A stretch of 64,000 bases of DNA, taken from the NCBI GenBank assembly GCA_964016885.1, contig OZ024742.1, forward strand, positions 333,746,001 through 333,810,000. Reading direction: 5' to 3'. Every line of letters begins with the position of its first letter. Position 1 is the stretch's first letter. Position numbers and translations under genes: made by a program. A model generated the notes under the pieces. The model was not told the DNA's origin. It did no database searches and saw only the letters and a list, made by a program, of their open reading frames with translations. Shown piece by piece: positions 39,278 through 55,309 of the stretch. The stretch comes from Eledone cirrhosa. Its lineage: Eukaryota.

Positions 39278-42200
39278 TTTCTTTATTAACCACAAGGGTT
39301 TACATAAAGTAGACATTAAGGACAGTGCAGGACAATGCAGGACGGTACAAATGGGCATTTCTGCGTGTAAAAAAACAAAAACAGAGGATGTAACAAAAAT
39401 AACAATGAAAATAACAATGAAAAATTCCCCAATAGGGGGGAGACTTCGGAGGGACATTTGTGGAGAAAGCCCAGTAAAAAGCCACAATGACCCTGACCAC
39501 CAAGGCAAGTGCCCTTTCCCAGTTTTCCACCTTTAATTTACAGATATATGCTCAGAGTAGGCCCATTCACTCGGGCCATTCTTGCTTCTCTCACCCATCT
39601 TTCAACAAAATGCTGGGAAGAGAGCACTTCCATCTCTACTCTGATTTTCCTTTTCAAATGAAATTTGAAAAAGTCAATCAGAGCATCACCGAAGAGGTAA
39701 GTGCTCGTCTTCAGCCCTTTCAAACGTGTCCACCATACTATCTCTTTCGCCATGGCCACCAGGCAGATAAAAACTGCCTGCCCTTCCCGGCTAAAGGAGG
39801 AGGGCGGGGAAATCCTCACGATGGACTCAGATGATAGCCGGATCCGTCCTAAACGCGACAGCAGGTGTTCGACATAAACCCACAAGTCAGCAATTTTCGG
39901 ACACTGGACGAGTGCGTGCAGGACGGTTTCGTCGCCCTGCGCGCATCTCGGACATGCCCGGCTGACGGCACCTCCATGCCTGTAGAGTTTATCCCGAACT
40001 GGCAAGGCTCCTCGGTAGCACTGCCAGGCCAGAGATTTCTGGAAGTTGTCCATAGGCCCCGGCCCGAAAGTTCTTCCTAAGAGATTGGCTAGTTGATTTT
40101 CGTCGACGCCTAGAGTTTCCCCAAGTACGTCGTCGCTCTTCCCCTCCACTAATCCTCTATAGAACGCCGAGGTGGAGTTTCCACCGATCACATTGCCCGA
40201 TTGGTCGAGGGCTGTGAGCGCCTGAAGACATTCCAGTCTCCAGGCGCTCCCTCTCGGTCTTCGATTGACCCAGGACTGCAGCTCCGTCAAGGAAACGAGC
40301 TGGGGAAATACCTGTCTAGCAAACGGCGACCACACCTGATCACCGTCGAGGAAGAGGTGGAGATGTCGTAGCCTGAGCGCGTGCCTGCGAATCATCAGCC
40401 ACGGCATGCCCAGCCCTCCACGTAGCGGGTGTTGACAACAGATGGACCGCCTGACCATCGGAGCGCGTCCCTTCCACAAAAAGCGAAAGAGCAAACGCTC
40501 CAGCGCAGTCAGGCGAGGCTTAGGACAAGGTACGACGGTCAGGCGTTAGCAGATGACGGACGCGATGTACGCGTTAGCCACCTCCGCTCAACCTTTCAGG
40601 GATAGCTTCCTCTCCGCCCATTTATGGGTGAGAGAAGCCACCCTGCTCGTCACCTCGTCCCAGTTTTTGTCCGTCTGGAGGTCCGGACCGAACCAGACCC
40701 CTAGCAATTTAACCGGTCCGTCCGTCCAGCGTCCGACGACGCTGTTGGACGGCATGGACCTGCCTCTCCAGGTGCCGAGCTCCAGGCCCACTGACTTTTC
40801 CTGGTTGATCATTGCTCCTGTCACCGCTTCGTATTCTCTTAGTGTAGTGCCGATCGCCTCGATGTGTTTGGCGCTCGACACCACTACGGTGACATCGTCC
40901 GCATATGCTGACACTGATCTTCCGCATCCTAGTTCGAGCGGGACTCCCCTCAACGTCTCCAGTTTGTGCAGTAATGGCTCGAGAGTCAATACGTACAAGA
41001 GGGACGAGAGGGGACATCCTTGGCGGACCGAGCGCATGAAGTTGAACGGTTCCGATAGGTGACCGTTCACTCTCACCACAGAGCTGATGTCGCAGTGCAT
41101 GGCAGCGATCCAACCACTGAAAACGGGCCCAAAGCCACCCGCCCTCAGGACTGCCGCTAGGTAACGATGGTCGACCCTATCGAAAGCTTTCGACTGATTT
41201 AAATTGATCAAGGACCCACCCGTGCCAGGTTCCTTAGCTACCCTCTCTATGATGTATCGCATGAGGTGGAGGTTGTCGTGGATGGATCTGTCGGGAATGG
41301 CGCATGTCTGCGCCTCTCCCACCAGACCACCAACGACAAGCGCCAACCTCTTTGCTAGCACCTTGGCCAAAATCTTGAACTCTGTGTTTAGCAGAGTTAT
41401 GGGCCGGAAATTGTCTATGTTATCCCCCTTTTCGGATCCTTTCTCAGCAGTGCCACCGCTCCTCGGCTCACAGAACTGGAAATTCTCCCGTTCTGTTGCC
41501 AGTTGCAGTAGACGTCCGCCAAGAGGCCTCCGAACAAGTCTGGCATCTGTACGTAAAGTTCATAGGGCAGACCATCCAAACCAGGCGATTTACCCCTTGT
41601 GCAGCCAGTCATTGCCTCCCTTACTTCAGCGGCTGCTATCGGCTTTTCGCAACACTTCGCCTCAGTGGCCGAGAGCCGCGGCAGTCCGTCGAGGTAGACA
41701 CTAAAGTCCATCCCTCTACCCGGCCCACCGCTGCCCCCGAACAGCTGAGCGAAGTGTCCCTGAAAAGCTTCACACATTTTCCCGGGATCGAGTAGCATGC
41801 GCCCGTCGTGGTCCACCAAAGACCGGATCGTGGCTTTGTTGCCACGACGCGCCTCCGCCACTCGGGCCCATTGAACGGCTTTCGTCCCCTCGTGTCTGAG
41901 AGCACGCACCCTAGCTCTGACAACGCAGCCTTCGTGCTTTGCATTGAAGAATTGGTCAAGGGCGAATTTCGCCGCAAGCACGTCGGTCGCAATGCCTTTG
42001 CTAAGCGCCTAGTCTAATTTTCTAACTAGTTCTCCCTCTGCTCTATTTTTCTCTATTGCTAAAGACTTACTAAACCTAATCGATTCTATTCTCATCGCTC
42101 TTTTCAGAGCAAACCACCACTTGTTGTTGACGATGGCCCCCGTCAACGCCCGCTTAACTAGTTCGCTAATCCGGTCTCTGTAGGCCTTGCGCGCTGGTAA

Positions 42201-42971
42201 GGACGCGTTTAGCTTCCAGTAGCCGGGTCCTCGTCTATGAAGCCTATCTAAGTCAAGCACACAGATCACGAATTTGTGGTCCGTGTAGCTGACTATCTAG
42301 AATTGTGGACAGCCTATGCTAGACCTATCTATTTCCCTACAAAATACTCTATCTAGATATGATCTGGATGACCCTATGCGGTTTGTCCAAGTCCACATTG
42401 GCACATTCGGGAAATCCAATCGGTACCTGTCAGACAGTTCAAAATGCCTGAGCAGGTTGGTGAGGCTCTTGCACCCTCCACCCCTATCCGCTAATCCCAC
42501 ACAGTCCCAGCGTGCATCCAAGATCCCGTTCCAGTCGCCCACTAACACTAAAGAGCGGGACGTTCCAAGAAAGGTCTCCAGACGCCGGAAGAAATCAGGC
42601 CGCCCTGCTCCTGTCGGGTCATAGACGGCCACTAGCCTGAAAGCTTGACCCTCTCCGCTGGTCACGTCCAGCACCACCAGCTTACCCTCTGGGTCCAGGA
42701 AGATGGCCCGTATGGCGAGATCCAAACCTCTCCGAAAAAGCACAGCAACTCCTCCCACGATCCCGGACGGCTGGGAGATGCGTACACATAGTAGCCGCCG
42801 AAGATCGGTGCGAAAGCCCGTGCTTCGGAGATTCTGGTCTCGCTGATGGCCACTACATCTATGTTTAGTGACCTGAGGTCGTTGAGCAGGTGGCCCTGCT
42901 TCCATGACGACCCCAAGCCACGCGCATTTATGCTGCCTATTCTGAGTGAGGTCATGTTGAAAAGGAGTGAA
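39275..42971 (-). mobile_element. Second Tx1-type LINE copy, 5'-truncated just upstream of the ORF2 ATG (42955)
   Basis: Highly similar to 28278-31865; MTSLRIGSINARGLG APE start; ORF2 42955-39538 with frameshifts and stops; (AAT)n on both flanks. Confidence 0.95.
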
Positions 42972-43020
<49 letters not shown>

Positions 43021-43026
43021 GTATCA

Positions 43027-43095
<69 letters not shown>

Positions 43096-43919
43096 TGTCG
43101 CATGTGTCAGGTTGACACTGTATGATTTGGGAAAGATGCAGAATTCAAAGGAAGTTTTAAATGTTAATAATTATATCATTCGGCTGTAAATATGATTTTA
43201 AATAGATAATGTGCAAATGTATAAAGAAATGATATACTTGTAACTCTAAAGTGGAGACATGAGCAATCTGGTGTGTCAATTTAGTAGCTTACTCATGTAC
43301 ACAATGAGTTTCTCTGCTCTAGGTAAAGAGAAGTCACTCGACAAGAGATGGAAACAAAACTGATGGAATAGTAAAAAACACATTAAAAGCAACTAGGGAG
43401 TCGCTCAAACAAGCTCTCCCTTTTTCCTTCTTTGAAACACACATACACAACAACACTCCCACCCCCGTAAAAAAACTCCCACTCCCCTCTGACACAGAAT
43501 CACCAGACAGCAGTCCCTCCTCATCCCCAAGTGAACATGAGGGAGAATTCCTAAAACAAAAAAAAAGTAAAAAAGAAAACACAGAAAGAAAATAAATATT
43601 CACACACCAAGAAGCACACAAAAAACACATCCACAGCAAACACACACACATACAACAATACCAACACCACAAACATCAACAAAATCACAAGCACCCACAA
43701 CAACACAGCAACAACCGCAAATCATACCCACAAATGAAAACACACGCAGGCCACAACAACAGAAACACCTAACTTCATGTTAAAAAGAATTAATGCATGC
43801 AAGAGAAATAAGGGAGGATAAACTTGGCGAAGCGAGGGCATGATGTTGGTGGTTCCTAGGGGTGGCCCTTCACTAAAACCACTGATCAGTTGTGGTTGTG
43901 CATTTTCTGAATATGGGAC

Positions 43920-44125
43920 CAAAGCCCGCTACATGGAGGGCTACAGCTAGGTACGAATGGTCGACCTTATCGAAAGCTTTCGACTGATCTATGTTGATCA
44001 GAGCCCTAACCGTGCTAGCTTCCTTAACCAGTCCCTCTAAGATATATCACATAAGGTGGACGTTTTTGTGAATGGATCTAAATGCGTTAACCTTGTTGCT
44101 AACGCGTTGGCCAACATTCTATAAG
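43920..44125 (-). mobile_element. Older diverged Tx1 RT fragment
   Basis: tggtcgaccttatcgaaagctttcgactgatc matches the SKAFDRVDH segment of both younger copies. Confidence 0.65.
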
Positions 44126-44149
44126 CACTGCTTATGGCAACATACCTTA

Positions 44150-46750
44150 AAAGTTCTTCTTTATTAATAGCCAAATAGACGTCTAGGGCTCTGAATTAAT
44201 TGGTCACGTAATCTTTCACACTTTCAAGTACTTTACCTCATATATTCTGCGTTGTACATCGCATTATAACACTTGTTTTTGAGTGCAATGCACCATTTTC
44301 AAGCATTTCTTTTTCTGGTTGCCCTATCAAACGTCTCTATTTCTTTTTTGGTCTCAATCAAAATTGCGGCACTATATCTAATAACTGACACGGCCCAGAT
44401 GTTGATAGCTGTTATAAAGTTCTTCCCATTCAATTTAATTTTTAGTAGTAGTTATAACCTATTTAGATGAAGGTTTTTCACATTTCCTTTCATGTCATTT
44501 AGAACTTTGTCAAGATCCAAAATGCCCATGTCCCACACCTTAATAATCGACTCTCTATCAGGTCACTCAATTCCGCCACAATGTACAGCCTACCTCTCTT
44601 CATAATATAGTTTGCATACTTTCCAATACCAAACTCCATCCCAATATCGCCACAGCATTAGTGGACAGTTTTGACCAGTTAGTCAACCTGAGATTCATTC
44701 CTGCTAAAGAGCTTCAGATCATCCATGGAAAGTTGTTGATTGAACTTAGGTCCTCTGTTTTCCATCTGATAGCCAATAGCTGTAACTTGTTTGACCATTG
44801 ATAGCAAAATGAGAGCAATCCCAAAGAGCAATGGCGAGAAAGAATATTTTTTTAATATTCCTCTTCTTATATTGACCCCCACCTAACTGCTTATTAACAC
44901 CATACAGGTTTGCATTCCACAAAACAAATGCAAGGCACAGTTACATTAATACCACAGTCTTCTATTCCAAACATTCTCAAGCATTTCAGTACCCTTGGGT
45001 GTGGATCCATCTTAAACGTTATTTATATAGTTATTCAAGGCATGCATGAAATCTTTAGACGTCTTTTGTAGTTCTTCATAATCGGCTTGTAAACAACAAG
45101 ATTGTCTTTGGTCCACTGGAAAATGTTCGTACACCTCTTCTGCTCGACAGTTAGTATCTCATTCAGAAGTAAGTGATCATACACCTTTCCAGCAAAGACG
45201 CCAGACAACAGCATCTAAAACAAATCCGAGCAAGCTATCGGCTTGTTATATCCAACTAACGGACCTTTCCTTTTATCCTCCATTATCGAAGTAGTCTTTC
45301 CTACAATCATCCAACTTAGAACTTCTTGTACTATTTAATCATTTACGTGTTTCGCTAGTCTTACATGAACACTATGAGATATTTTTTAACCAGAATCGTT
45401 GAATTCGGTCCGTTCCAGGAGATTTCAATTTTGGCATATTCCTACCTTCCTATTGAACATCTTTCCCATCTTTGTTTTCATTCATTAAATAACTTATTCA
45501 CAGCTTCATTTACCGATCTCGCTTATTTGTTATGCTTTATTTTTGCAATAACCGATATATTTGACCAAAATTATATGGATTCCTCAACATTATGTTCAAC
45601 ATCTGCACAATTTCCCCCTAAACCTGTTCTAAAGTTCATTCACCGACTTGCAGGGATCCATTTGTCTTGTTTGTATTGTTTTTTGTATGTTTGTATAACG
45701 CCTAACCGGATCAGAGTTTCCGTTAATTCGCTGTTTCATTTCTCTTCCCACAACATTCAACATTTTCGACTTTATTTCATACAATAAGTCCATGCGTTGT
45801 TTCTCCACTACTTTTCCAGTTTCTTCCATGCTATGCATCCATTTTACCTAGTTCTTTCCTGGGCTGAGTTATATCACCATCCAATCTTATTTTCCACCAG
45901 GTTTCCTTACACTTCTTTCTTTCAGTGTGCTTAATACTTAATCACTTACTCACCAGAAGCCCTGCAGCGCTAATCAACTTTCTCAAGTCGGTAATACTAT
46001 TAGTTTCCATATTCATCATTGTATGTGTTACTTTATCTGTTTCACTTCCTAAACGAATTCTCTCTATATTCAGAAGATTCAGTAGTGTCTTATTGAATCC
46101 AGAATCATTAAACATACCTCTCAATCTTTTGATAACCAATATTTTCTTTCTTTTCTTCATTTCCTTTTTTAATTCAAATGTTCTACTCCCTCCACATTTA
46201 CTGGCTCATCATGATTTCGTATTCAACATTTCGTTAGATTTATTCTTCCTCAGTTGATTCATTTTCATTGTGATCTCTATGTTTCCCAATTTCTATTTTC
46301 ACCATCTAATTTACCGTCAATTTTAACATTCATTCTTTGTAATTCAGATTCCATTACCCTAATTCAACCTTGCTAAGTCAGGCAGTTGCTACTTCTAATG
46401 CTTTCTGGCCCATCAAATTTTTCACACTGATTTTAAACATACAAACATTTCTCCAATGCTGAAGTACCTATTTGTAACACTTGATTGCAAAAATTTACTT
46501 CTGTATCTGGTTTCATTGGGTCGTTTTATTTCCTGTGTGTATAAACCTGTGGTTTATTTTGTGGTACAATTGCATGATGTGAACCTGTTGACGCATGCAC
46601 CCTCTGAGGTGAGCTGTTAACAACTCCATTCTTCTCACAATGACCTCCCCAAGGTTTTCCCCACTGATTGTCTCTAAGAGGCTCCCATCAAGAGTTTCCA
46701 CTTTCATAGACATTTGTATCGATGTTCTTGTCTGCATCATTTTCATGGGA
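44150..46750 (-). mobile_element. Old decayed R4/Dong-type LINE
   Basis: GI...SFSPLLF..AL, SMDDLKLFSRNESQVD, WWKIRL, NRLISAAG-like N-terminal blocks, colinear with the 35719-39147 element; boundaries approximate. Confidence 0.75.
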
Positions 46751-47382
46751 TCTGAAATTATGAGGTTGCACAACTACCAGTGATTTTATTATGTACACGA
46801 CCTCGAGGAATGTCACCAATCTAGACTAAAGACCCCTTCCTGTTTTTGAACTGTTTTTGTTACTGAATGTTATCAGCTAACACTGAGGTACTGACTGTGC
46901 AGGTTTTAATAGACGTACTTGCAGCAGTAAGATTGTGAAAGGGGTTGTTTGAAAGTTAGGGTCGAGAATTACAAAGACATTTGTTTTGATAAATTCAAAA
47001 AACAGAAATAACATGTCGTCAAAATGTTCTCATTGATGTCTTCCACTCTCGGCAGAAACAACAACGACACTAGTATGAATTCGACCACATCAACAATAAC
47101 AAAGAAACATCGATACAAATAATGGTTGAGCAGGTATGAGGAATGTGCTGACTCAGTTTAACTAATAGATTTCCACCTGCGTGCGGGCAGTTAACTTTAA
47201 ATATTTTTGTTTAATATTTTATATATTATATGTATCTTATAATTGTTTAATACTTACGTTATTTATGTTTAAGTAACGTTTCTAATCTATGACATATTTA
47301 TCTCGACTCTCGTTATATAATGTCTTTATATCATAACCACTATGCATGATGTTTATTCCATCTCATGTGCAAGCCCTTCTGG

Positions 47383-47578
47383 ATAATAATTGTTTCTACT
47401 TGTGGCACAAGGCTAACAATTATTCCAGTGTATTACTGGTAATTTATTTTATCGACTTCGTAAGGATGAAAGGCAAAGTTAACATCGGCGGGATTTGAAC
47501 TCAGAATGGCAAGGGCCGCAACTCTATACATCAAAGCATGTTGTCCGACCTTCTACCGATACTGTCAATCCACCGCCC
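47383..47578 (-). mobile_element. SINE copy with degenerate TSD
   Basis: Reverse complement of the family; cttctggataataat / cttctagctaataat flanks. Confidence 0.8.
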
Positions 47579-48414
47579 TTCTAGCTAATAATGAGTTTAT
47601 TTCCTTTAGTGTTTTCTGTGCTGCTCTTTGTTTTGTATTTTTTATCAATTTTATAATATTTGGATGATTATCAATATTTCTTAGTATTAATTTCATTTTA
47701 GATATTGTAAAATTAGAATTTCTCAGAAGAGATATTTCAATAATTTCTATATGCATTAGTTACAGTTATGATTACTGTTATTCTTGCTATAGTTGTTGGG
47801 TTAATGATTTTTTTGGTTGTTGTCATTATTGTTATTTGTTAGTGTCTATTATGAACTACTAGTGTTCTTCGTGCTTGTCCTTCCTCTATTCTTTGCATAT
47901 GTTGTTGTTGTTGCGACTCTATTTGTTCCTTTCATTGCTGTTGTCATTGATAATGGTGATTTTCCTGTTGATGTTTCTTTTGCGGTAGCTTCTATTGTTG
48001 TTTCTTATATTGTTCTTATTGCTCTAGCTATTGTTAATGTTAATGATATTCTCGTTGTTTTGTGTTGTTCTTCATATTTTTTTTTTTTTTTGTTGTCCTA
48101 GCTCTCATGGTAGCTTCCATTGCTGTTGGTATCATTGATATTGCTAATGTTATTATTGTTATTGTAGTTGTTGTTAATATTGATGTTACTAAATTTAATG
48201 CGCACAATTCATGTCGCGTCTAGAATATCAGGTTCATTACAATAATGGCGGAGGAGTGTTCTTCGACAACAGAATATGTAACTAAATAATATTCAAATGA
48301 CTCAGAGCCGATTATCTTTTCTAACAATCAACTATGAAAATTAATTCTATCTCATAGAATTTGAAGTCATTCTTCATGTTCTTTTACTTGAAATCTATAA
48401 TTTTATATCTTAGT

Positions 48415-48484
<70 letters not shown>

Positions 48485-48534
48485 CACTCATACACACATA
48501 CACACAAACACACACTCAGACACACACACACATA

Positions 48535-48612
<78 letters not shown>

Positions 48613-49193
48613 AACATATACATATATATATAACAAAGAGGGTGTGGTAAGATACCAGGTGGACCATAACGCACCAGAGCACTCAATTATATAAATAAAT
48701 ATAATTACTATAAATAAATATAAAAACCAATATCCAGAGGAGACTCGACACAGATATTATATATACAAGTATATATAAGTCTGTTGAGCAAATGTATATT
48801 CTTAGCACAAATTAAATGTTTAAGTAAACAACTGCTTTCAAAGTAAAGCGGGACCATCTGAACCGGGAAAATATCTATCTCTGGACGAAGAAGTAAATAT
48901 TTAAAGAAAGATTATGATTAAAAATTGCCTTGGGAAAATTGAAAGACATAACGGTAACGTTTCAAGTCGTTCCCTAGAGATTGGTAGCTGCAAAATATTC
49001 GGCCATTCTAAAAAGAAATTAATCTCCTGATTTTCTCAAAGAATTTGTTCTTCCCGCTTCACTTAAGTGTTAATGCTAATAGTGTTATATACATACACAC
49101 ACACGCGCGCACACACACACATACACGCGCGCACACACACACACACACACATGCATACACACATACACACACACACATCCATACACACACACA

Positions 49194-49257
<64 letters not shown>

Positions 49258-49424
49258 TAACAAATTGAATTTTAAGCAAAGAATCGCTGCTTTCACCCTT
49301 AACGGGATCTTCTGGAATCTTATACTTAACGAGCCCTCTTCGGATTTTTTAGTCTTCACATTTATCTATCTCTCTCTCTATATTATATACTATCTCTCTC
49401 TCTATATATATGTATATATATATA

Positions 49425-49525
<101 letters not shown>

Positions 49526-49536
49526 GTATATGTATT

Positions 49537-49607
<71 letters not shown>

Positions 49608-49631
49608 GTATATATATATATATATATATAT

Positions 49632-49782
49632 GGCGGGTAAAATTCCCGCGATCCATGGACGATTTTTTGCAGCGGTTTCTGTCCCTCATTATCGCTGCCA
49701 TGTCCTGCGTCTCCAACATACCAGTGTCTGTCCTTAGGGCATCAACATATGTTAACCTTGGTCTTCCTCTTCCAGTGCGTCT
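49632..49782 (-). mobile_element. RTE-type LINE extreme 3' fragment inside (TA)n
   Basis: [21 protein letters not shown]...IMRDR, the typical RTE C-terminal GRP...DR motif. Confidence 0.7.
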
Positions 49783-49821
49783 ATGTATTTGTATGTATAC
49801 ACATATACTCACAGATATATA

Positions 49822-49908
<87 letters not shown>

Positions 49909-51744
49909 TAAATGCGGATAAAAGCATATATTTGCATATAGTGTACAAGGTTAACAAACAGTGCGAGAATAAATATGCACATTACGTATAATGACATGTA
50001 AACAGGTTATATTTACGTATGTTCTCGTAGATTGAAAGGTGATATACATTCTTAATCGATTTTCCATACACACTGGGTTTTCATCAAAGAACATCTACAT
50101 CTCAAACAAACGCAATCGCATAAGAAGTGCTTGCCTTATAAAGCCTTATAATTTTAGAAGTAACAAAGAAAAGACATACTAATTGGCATATTATTGGCAC
50201 ATATGCCATTAGATAATTTTAGTATTGGTTTGATTGAGTAGTAAGGAACCAAAATATACGATAAATATATATTTGTCCATATACAATACATGATTAACTA
50301 ATACCGTGTTCATAAGTACATTTAATATAGATGTATATAGATGTATATATGTCAACATGTCCAAATAAAGTATAGAACTGCATATAAAACAATGGTGAAC
50401 ATCCTTGATCAATTTTCGCCAGATATCTACAGCACTAATATTTATGTGTAAGCACAAATCTTTGCAGGTACCGAATACATTTCATAGTGTTTATTTAATC
50501 GATCTTAATAATTAACAGCATCTACGAATTTAACGTTTCAAATCTTTCGTTTAGATGCATATATGCAGGAAATCAATTCTTAACTTCGAAACTCCATATA
50601 TATGAATATTTGTATGTGTGTATTCAATAGAACATCATAATAATTTTAGGACGTAGGATAAAGGAAAATTTGGCTCCAAAGATGTATGTGGGTGAATACT
50701 GCTTTGATATGTATTTTTTATGTATGCATAAGACACGGAAACAAATGTATATAATGCTGATGTAACTGAAAAGCGTTCAATATGAAAGCTGCTGAAATAC
50801 ACAGGAAAAAAATAGATGGAGGAAGAGGAGGAGGTTACTATGAAATGAAAAGGTTCCAATAGAATGTCTCTATATTGGTTTACATTGATGGAGCATAACA
50901 TTGCTGACAGGCTTTTGTCAGGTTTCATGTAAACAGAAACTCTTGTTGTGCATGCTATTATACAAAATAAGAAAATAACGATGTTCTATAGAAATATAAA
51001 TAAGAACAAAAATTACTTCAAATCTACATGCTAGTAATAATAACAACTGAAGTAATAATATTAATAATAATAACAATAATAATAATACTAATAATAAAAC
51101 AATGATAACAATAAAATGAACGAAAACGATAACAAAATATAATAATAATAATAATAATAATTATAACAGCTATTATTAGTTTTGTTTTTATTTATAACAT
51201 TATTCATATAACTTTTATTATTTTTATTATTTTTGTTTTATTATTATCATTATTACTATGATTATTATTATTATTATTAAAAATAGAAATACAACAGAGG
51301 AAAATGGAATAGCACAAAGACAAATAATAGTAGGGAGAAAAGAAGGAAATGTAACAACTGTGATGACTTTACAATATAATCAACAAGAAAAACAAATATG
51401 AACTCACAAACATATGCACGTTCACACAAATACACTCACACCATACCTTTAAAAGTAATGGTAGAGCTTTCTGAATTGTTACAATGTCAGGGATTGCAAA
51501 TTGCAACATATTAGAATTTATGCGTGCATACAGTATGTTTCAGAAAACATTTAGGAATAAATGTGTATATTTGATGGATGTGGGGACTATGTATACATCC
51601 TTATTTACAGACTCACGCAAAAACAGCCACACACGCACATGTACATTTACATATATTCATAGATGTATATATGTATATATATATCTATCTCTCTCTCTAT
51701 ATATATATATATATATCTGTGTGTGTGTGTGTGTGGGTGTGTGT

Positions 51745-51782
<38 letters not shown>

Positions 51783-51979
51783 TGTATAATATATATATAT
51801 ATATATATAGTTTGTATAATTTTGTATAATTTTGTATAATTTTGTATAATTTTGTACATAGATCTTTTGAATATGCATGCCAATTCTAACACATATATGT
51901 CCTAGAAACGATCGTTAAATAATGACTTTTTTTGTTTAATATAACGAACTGTTTCATTGTTTTATTCATTATTTTTTTA

Positions 51980-52016
<37 letters not shown>

Positions 52017-52302
52017 TTACATATGCATATATATATGAACGAGTAAAAATTAGCTTTGGTTCTCAAAAAGACTGTGCTAATGTAGTAAGACTAATCATAT
52101 TAATAGTCATGATTTATTATCCATAAGTGCTTCCTATATATAATACAATACAAATTATAAACTTATATGTTACACTGCAAGTGAGAGTGAATAAACAAAT
52201 GTATTTAAAAGGAGTCTTACAATAAAAACTAAGATTTGCTAAATAATGTAATAAGTATAAATATGACAAAAAGACAATTTAATTAATACTAGATTAAATA
52301 TA

Positions 52303-52506
52303 TGATTTCTACTATAGGCTCAATGCAATTTAAAGGGAGGGGAAAGTCGAATAAATCTGTCCCAGTACCTTACTGGGGCTTTATTTCATCGACTCCTTAC
52401 GAATGAAAGGCAAAGTAAATCTCAGCGGGATTTGGACTCAGGGGCCACAACTCTATTCTGCAAAGTATGGTGTCCCATTCTCTACCAAAATGCCAATCCA
52501 CCACCC
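52303..52506 (-). mobile_element. SINE copy with TSD
   Basis: Reverse complement of the family; tactaga(t/c)taaatata on both flanks. Confidence 0.8.
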
Positions 52507-52839
52507 TTACTAGACTAAATATATAATACAAAACATTTACGGCAACGAACCTTGAAACGGGTGCTATTCTGATAATTGACAGTTCTCCTGGCCACCGATT
52601 ATTATATATGTTCAATATTTCACTGGTAGCGATTAGTTCAGGAAGTTGTACCGCCACAGAGGGTGTCTGTTTTCCTATATTATCACGGCCCAAGTGCAAA
52701 CTACTTGGCTGCATACGAATCGGCGAAACTGCGCAGTCGCGACGCTATAGAAAAATTAGATAAATTTGTTTGTCTATTTGCTTTCACGTATATAATACAA
52801 CACAAACACACACACACATATATATATAAATATATATAA

Positions 52840-54404
<1,565 letters not shown>

Positions 54405-54459
54405 CTTCCACTCGTGTAGGACACCTCGGTTATTTTTCATTTTGTAAAAAAAACCTCAC

Positions 54460-54497
<38 letters not shown>

Positions 54498-54555
54498 CGT
54501 TTCTGAATTTGTTTAGCAAGATTCTTTATCTGAAATCGTGTGTTGAAACCGATAT

Positions 54556-54863
54556 TGTTATACTTTGGGAGGGTCATGTTGCCAATGACACACACAGAAA
54601 CAAAATGGCGTAGTATAGAAGAAAGGAAAGGCACAGAAACGAAGAAAGGAATCCCCAGTCACTGAAGAGGTCACAGAGTGTGTGACGAAAGGACTATTTC
54701 TATATATAAACAACTATCTGGTTGTGGAACCAACCAACCAACCAGAAATTTATAAGTTTGTAAATTTGTAAATATATAAATTTATAAATATATAATAAAT
54801 TGAAGTGAAAGCTACTGGTGCGTGTGTTTCTTATTGGCAACATGACCCTCCCAAAGTATAACA
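54556..54863 (+). mobile_element. 308-bp TG...CA element (solo LTR or MITE) with 31-bp perfect terminal inverted repeats and ATAT TSD
   Basis: tgttatactttgggagggtcatgttgccaat / attggcaacatgaccctcccaaagtataaca; atat on both flanks; TATA-like tatataaa and AATAAA inside; related terminus at 55648-55671. Confidence 0.8.
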
Positions 54864-55071
54864 ATATATATATATATATATATATATATGAAAATGTTCA
54901 AGACCCCGACGGCAGAGCTCAGGCCGCTTCGACGGCTATTTCTGGATAGCCGTCGAACTTGGGCTCTGTCTCGGGGTCTCGAACATTATCCTATTACCCA
55001 CTCTACTACCCTAAGTATTGAGTATTCTGGTGCGTTATGGTCCTTCTGGTCCCTTACCACACCTCCTTCGT

Positions 55072-55152
<81 letters not shown>

Positions 55153-55255
55153 AGGCAGTAAAAACCAGTTAGGCCATTACTCACCAGAGAACTCCATACT
55201 TGGGATAGCTGTTGAAACGACCGGAGCTCAGCCGTCGGGGTCCTGTATATTTTCA

Positions 55256-55309
<54 letters not shown>

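Noticed and set aside
50635-50928. 97-aa ORF (also 60222-60509 and 61595-61840)
   Set aside because: No recognisable domain or splice support; length compatible with chance.
51781-51856. (tttgtataat)n 10-bp minisatellite
   Set aside because: Simple slippage repeat beside (TA)n; no sign of function.
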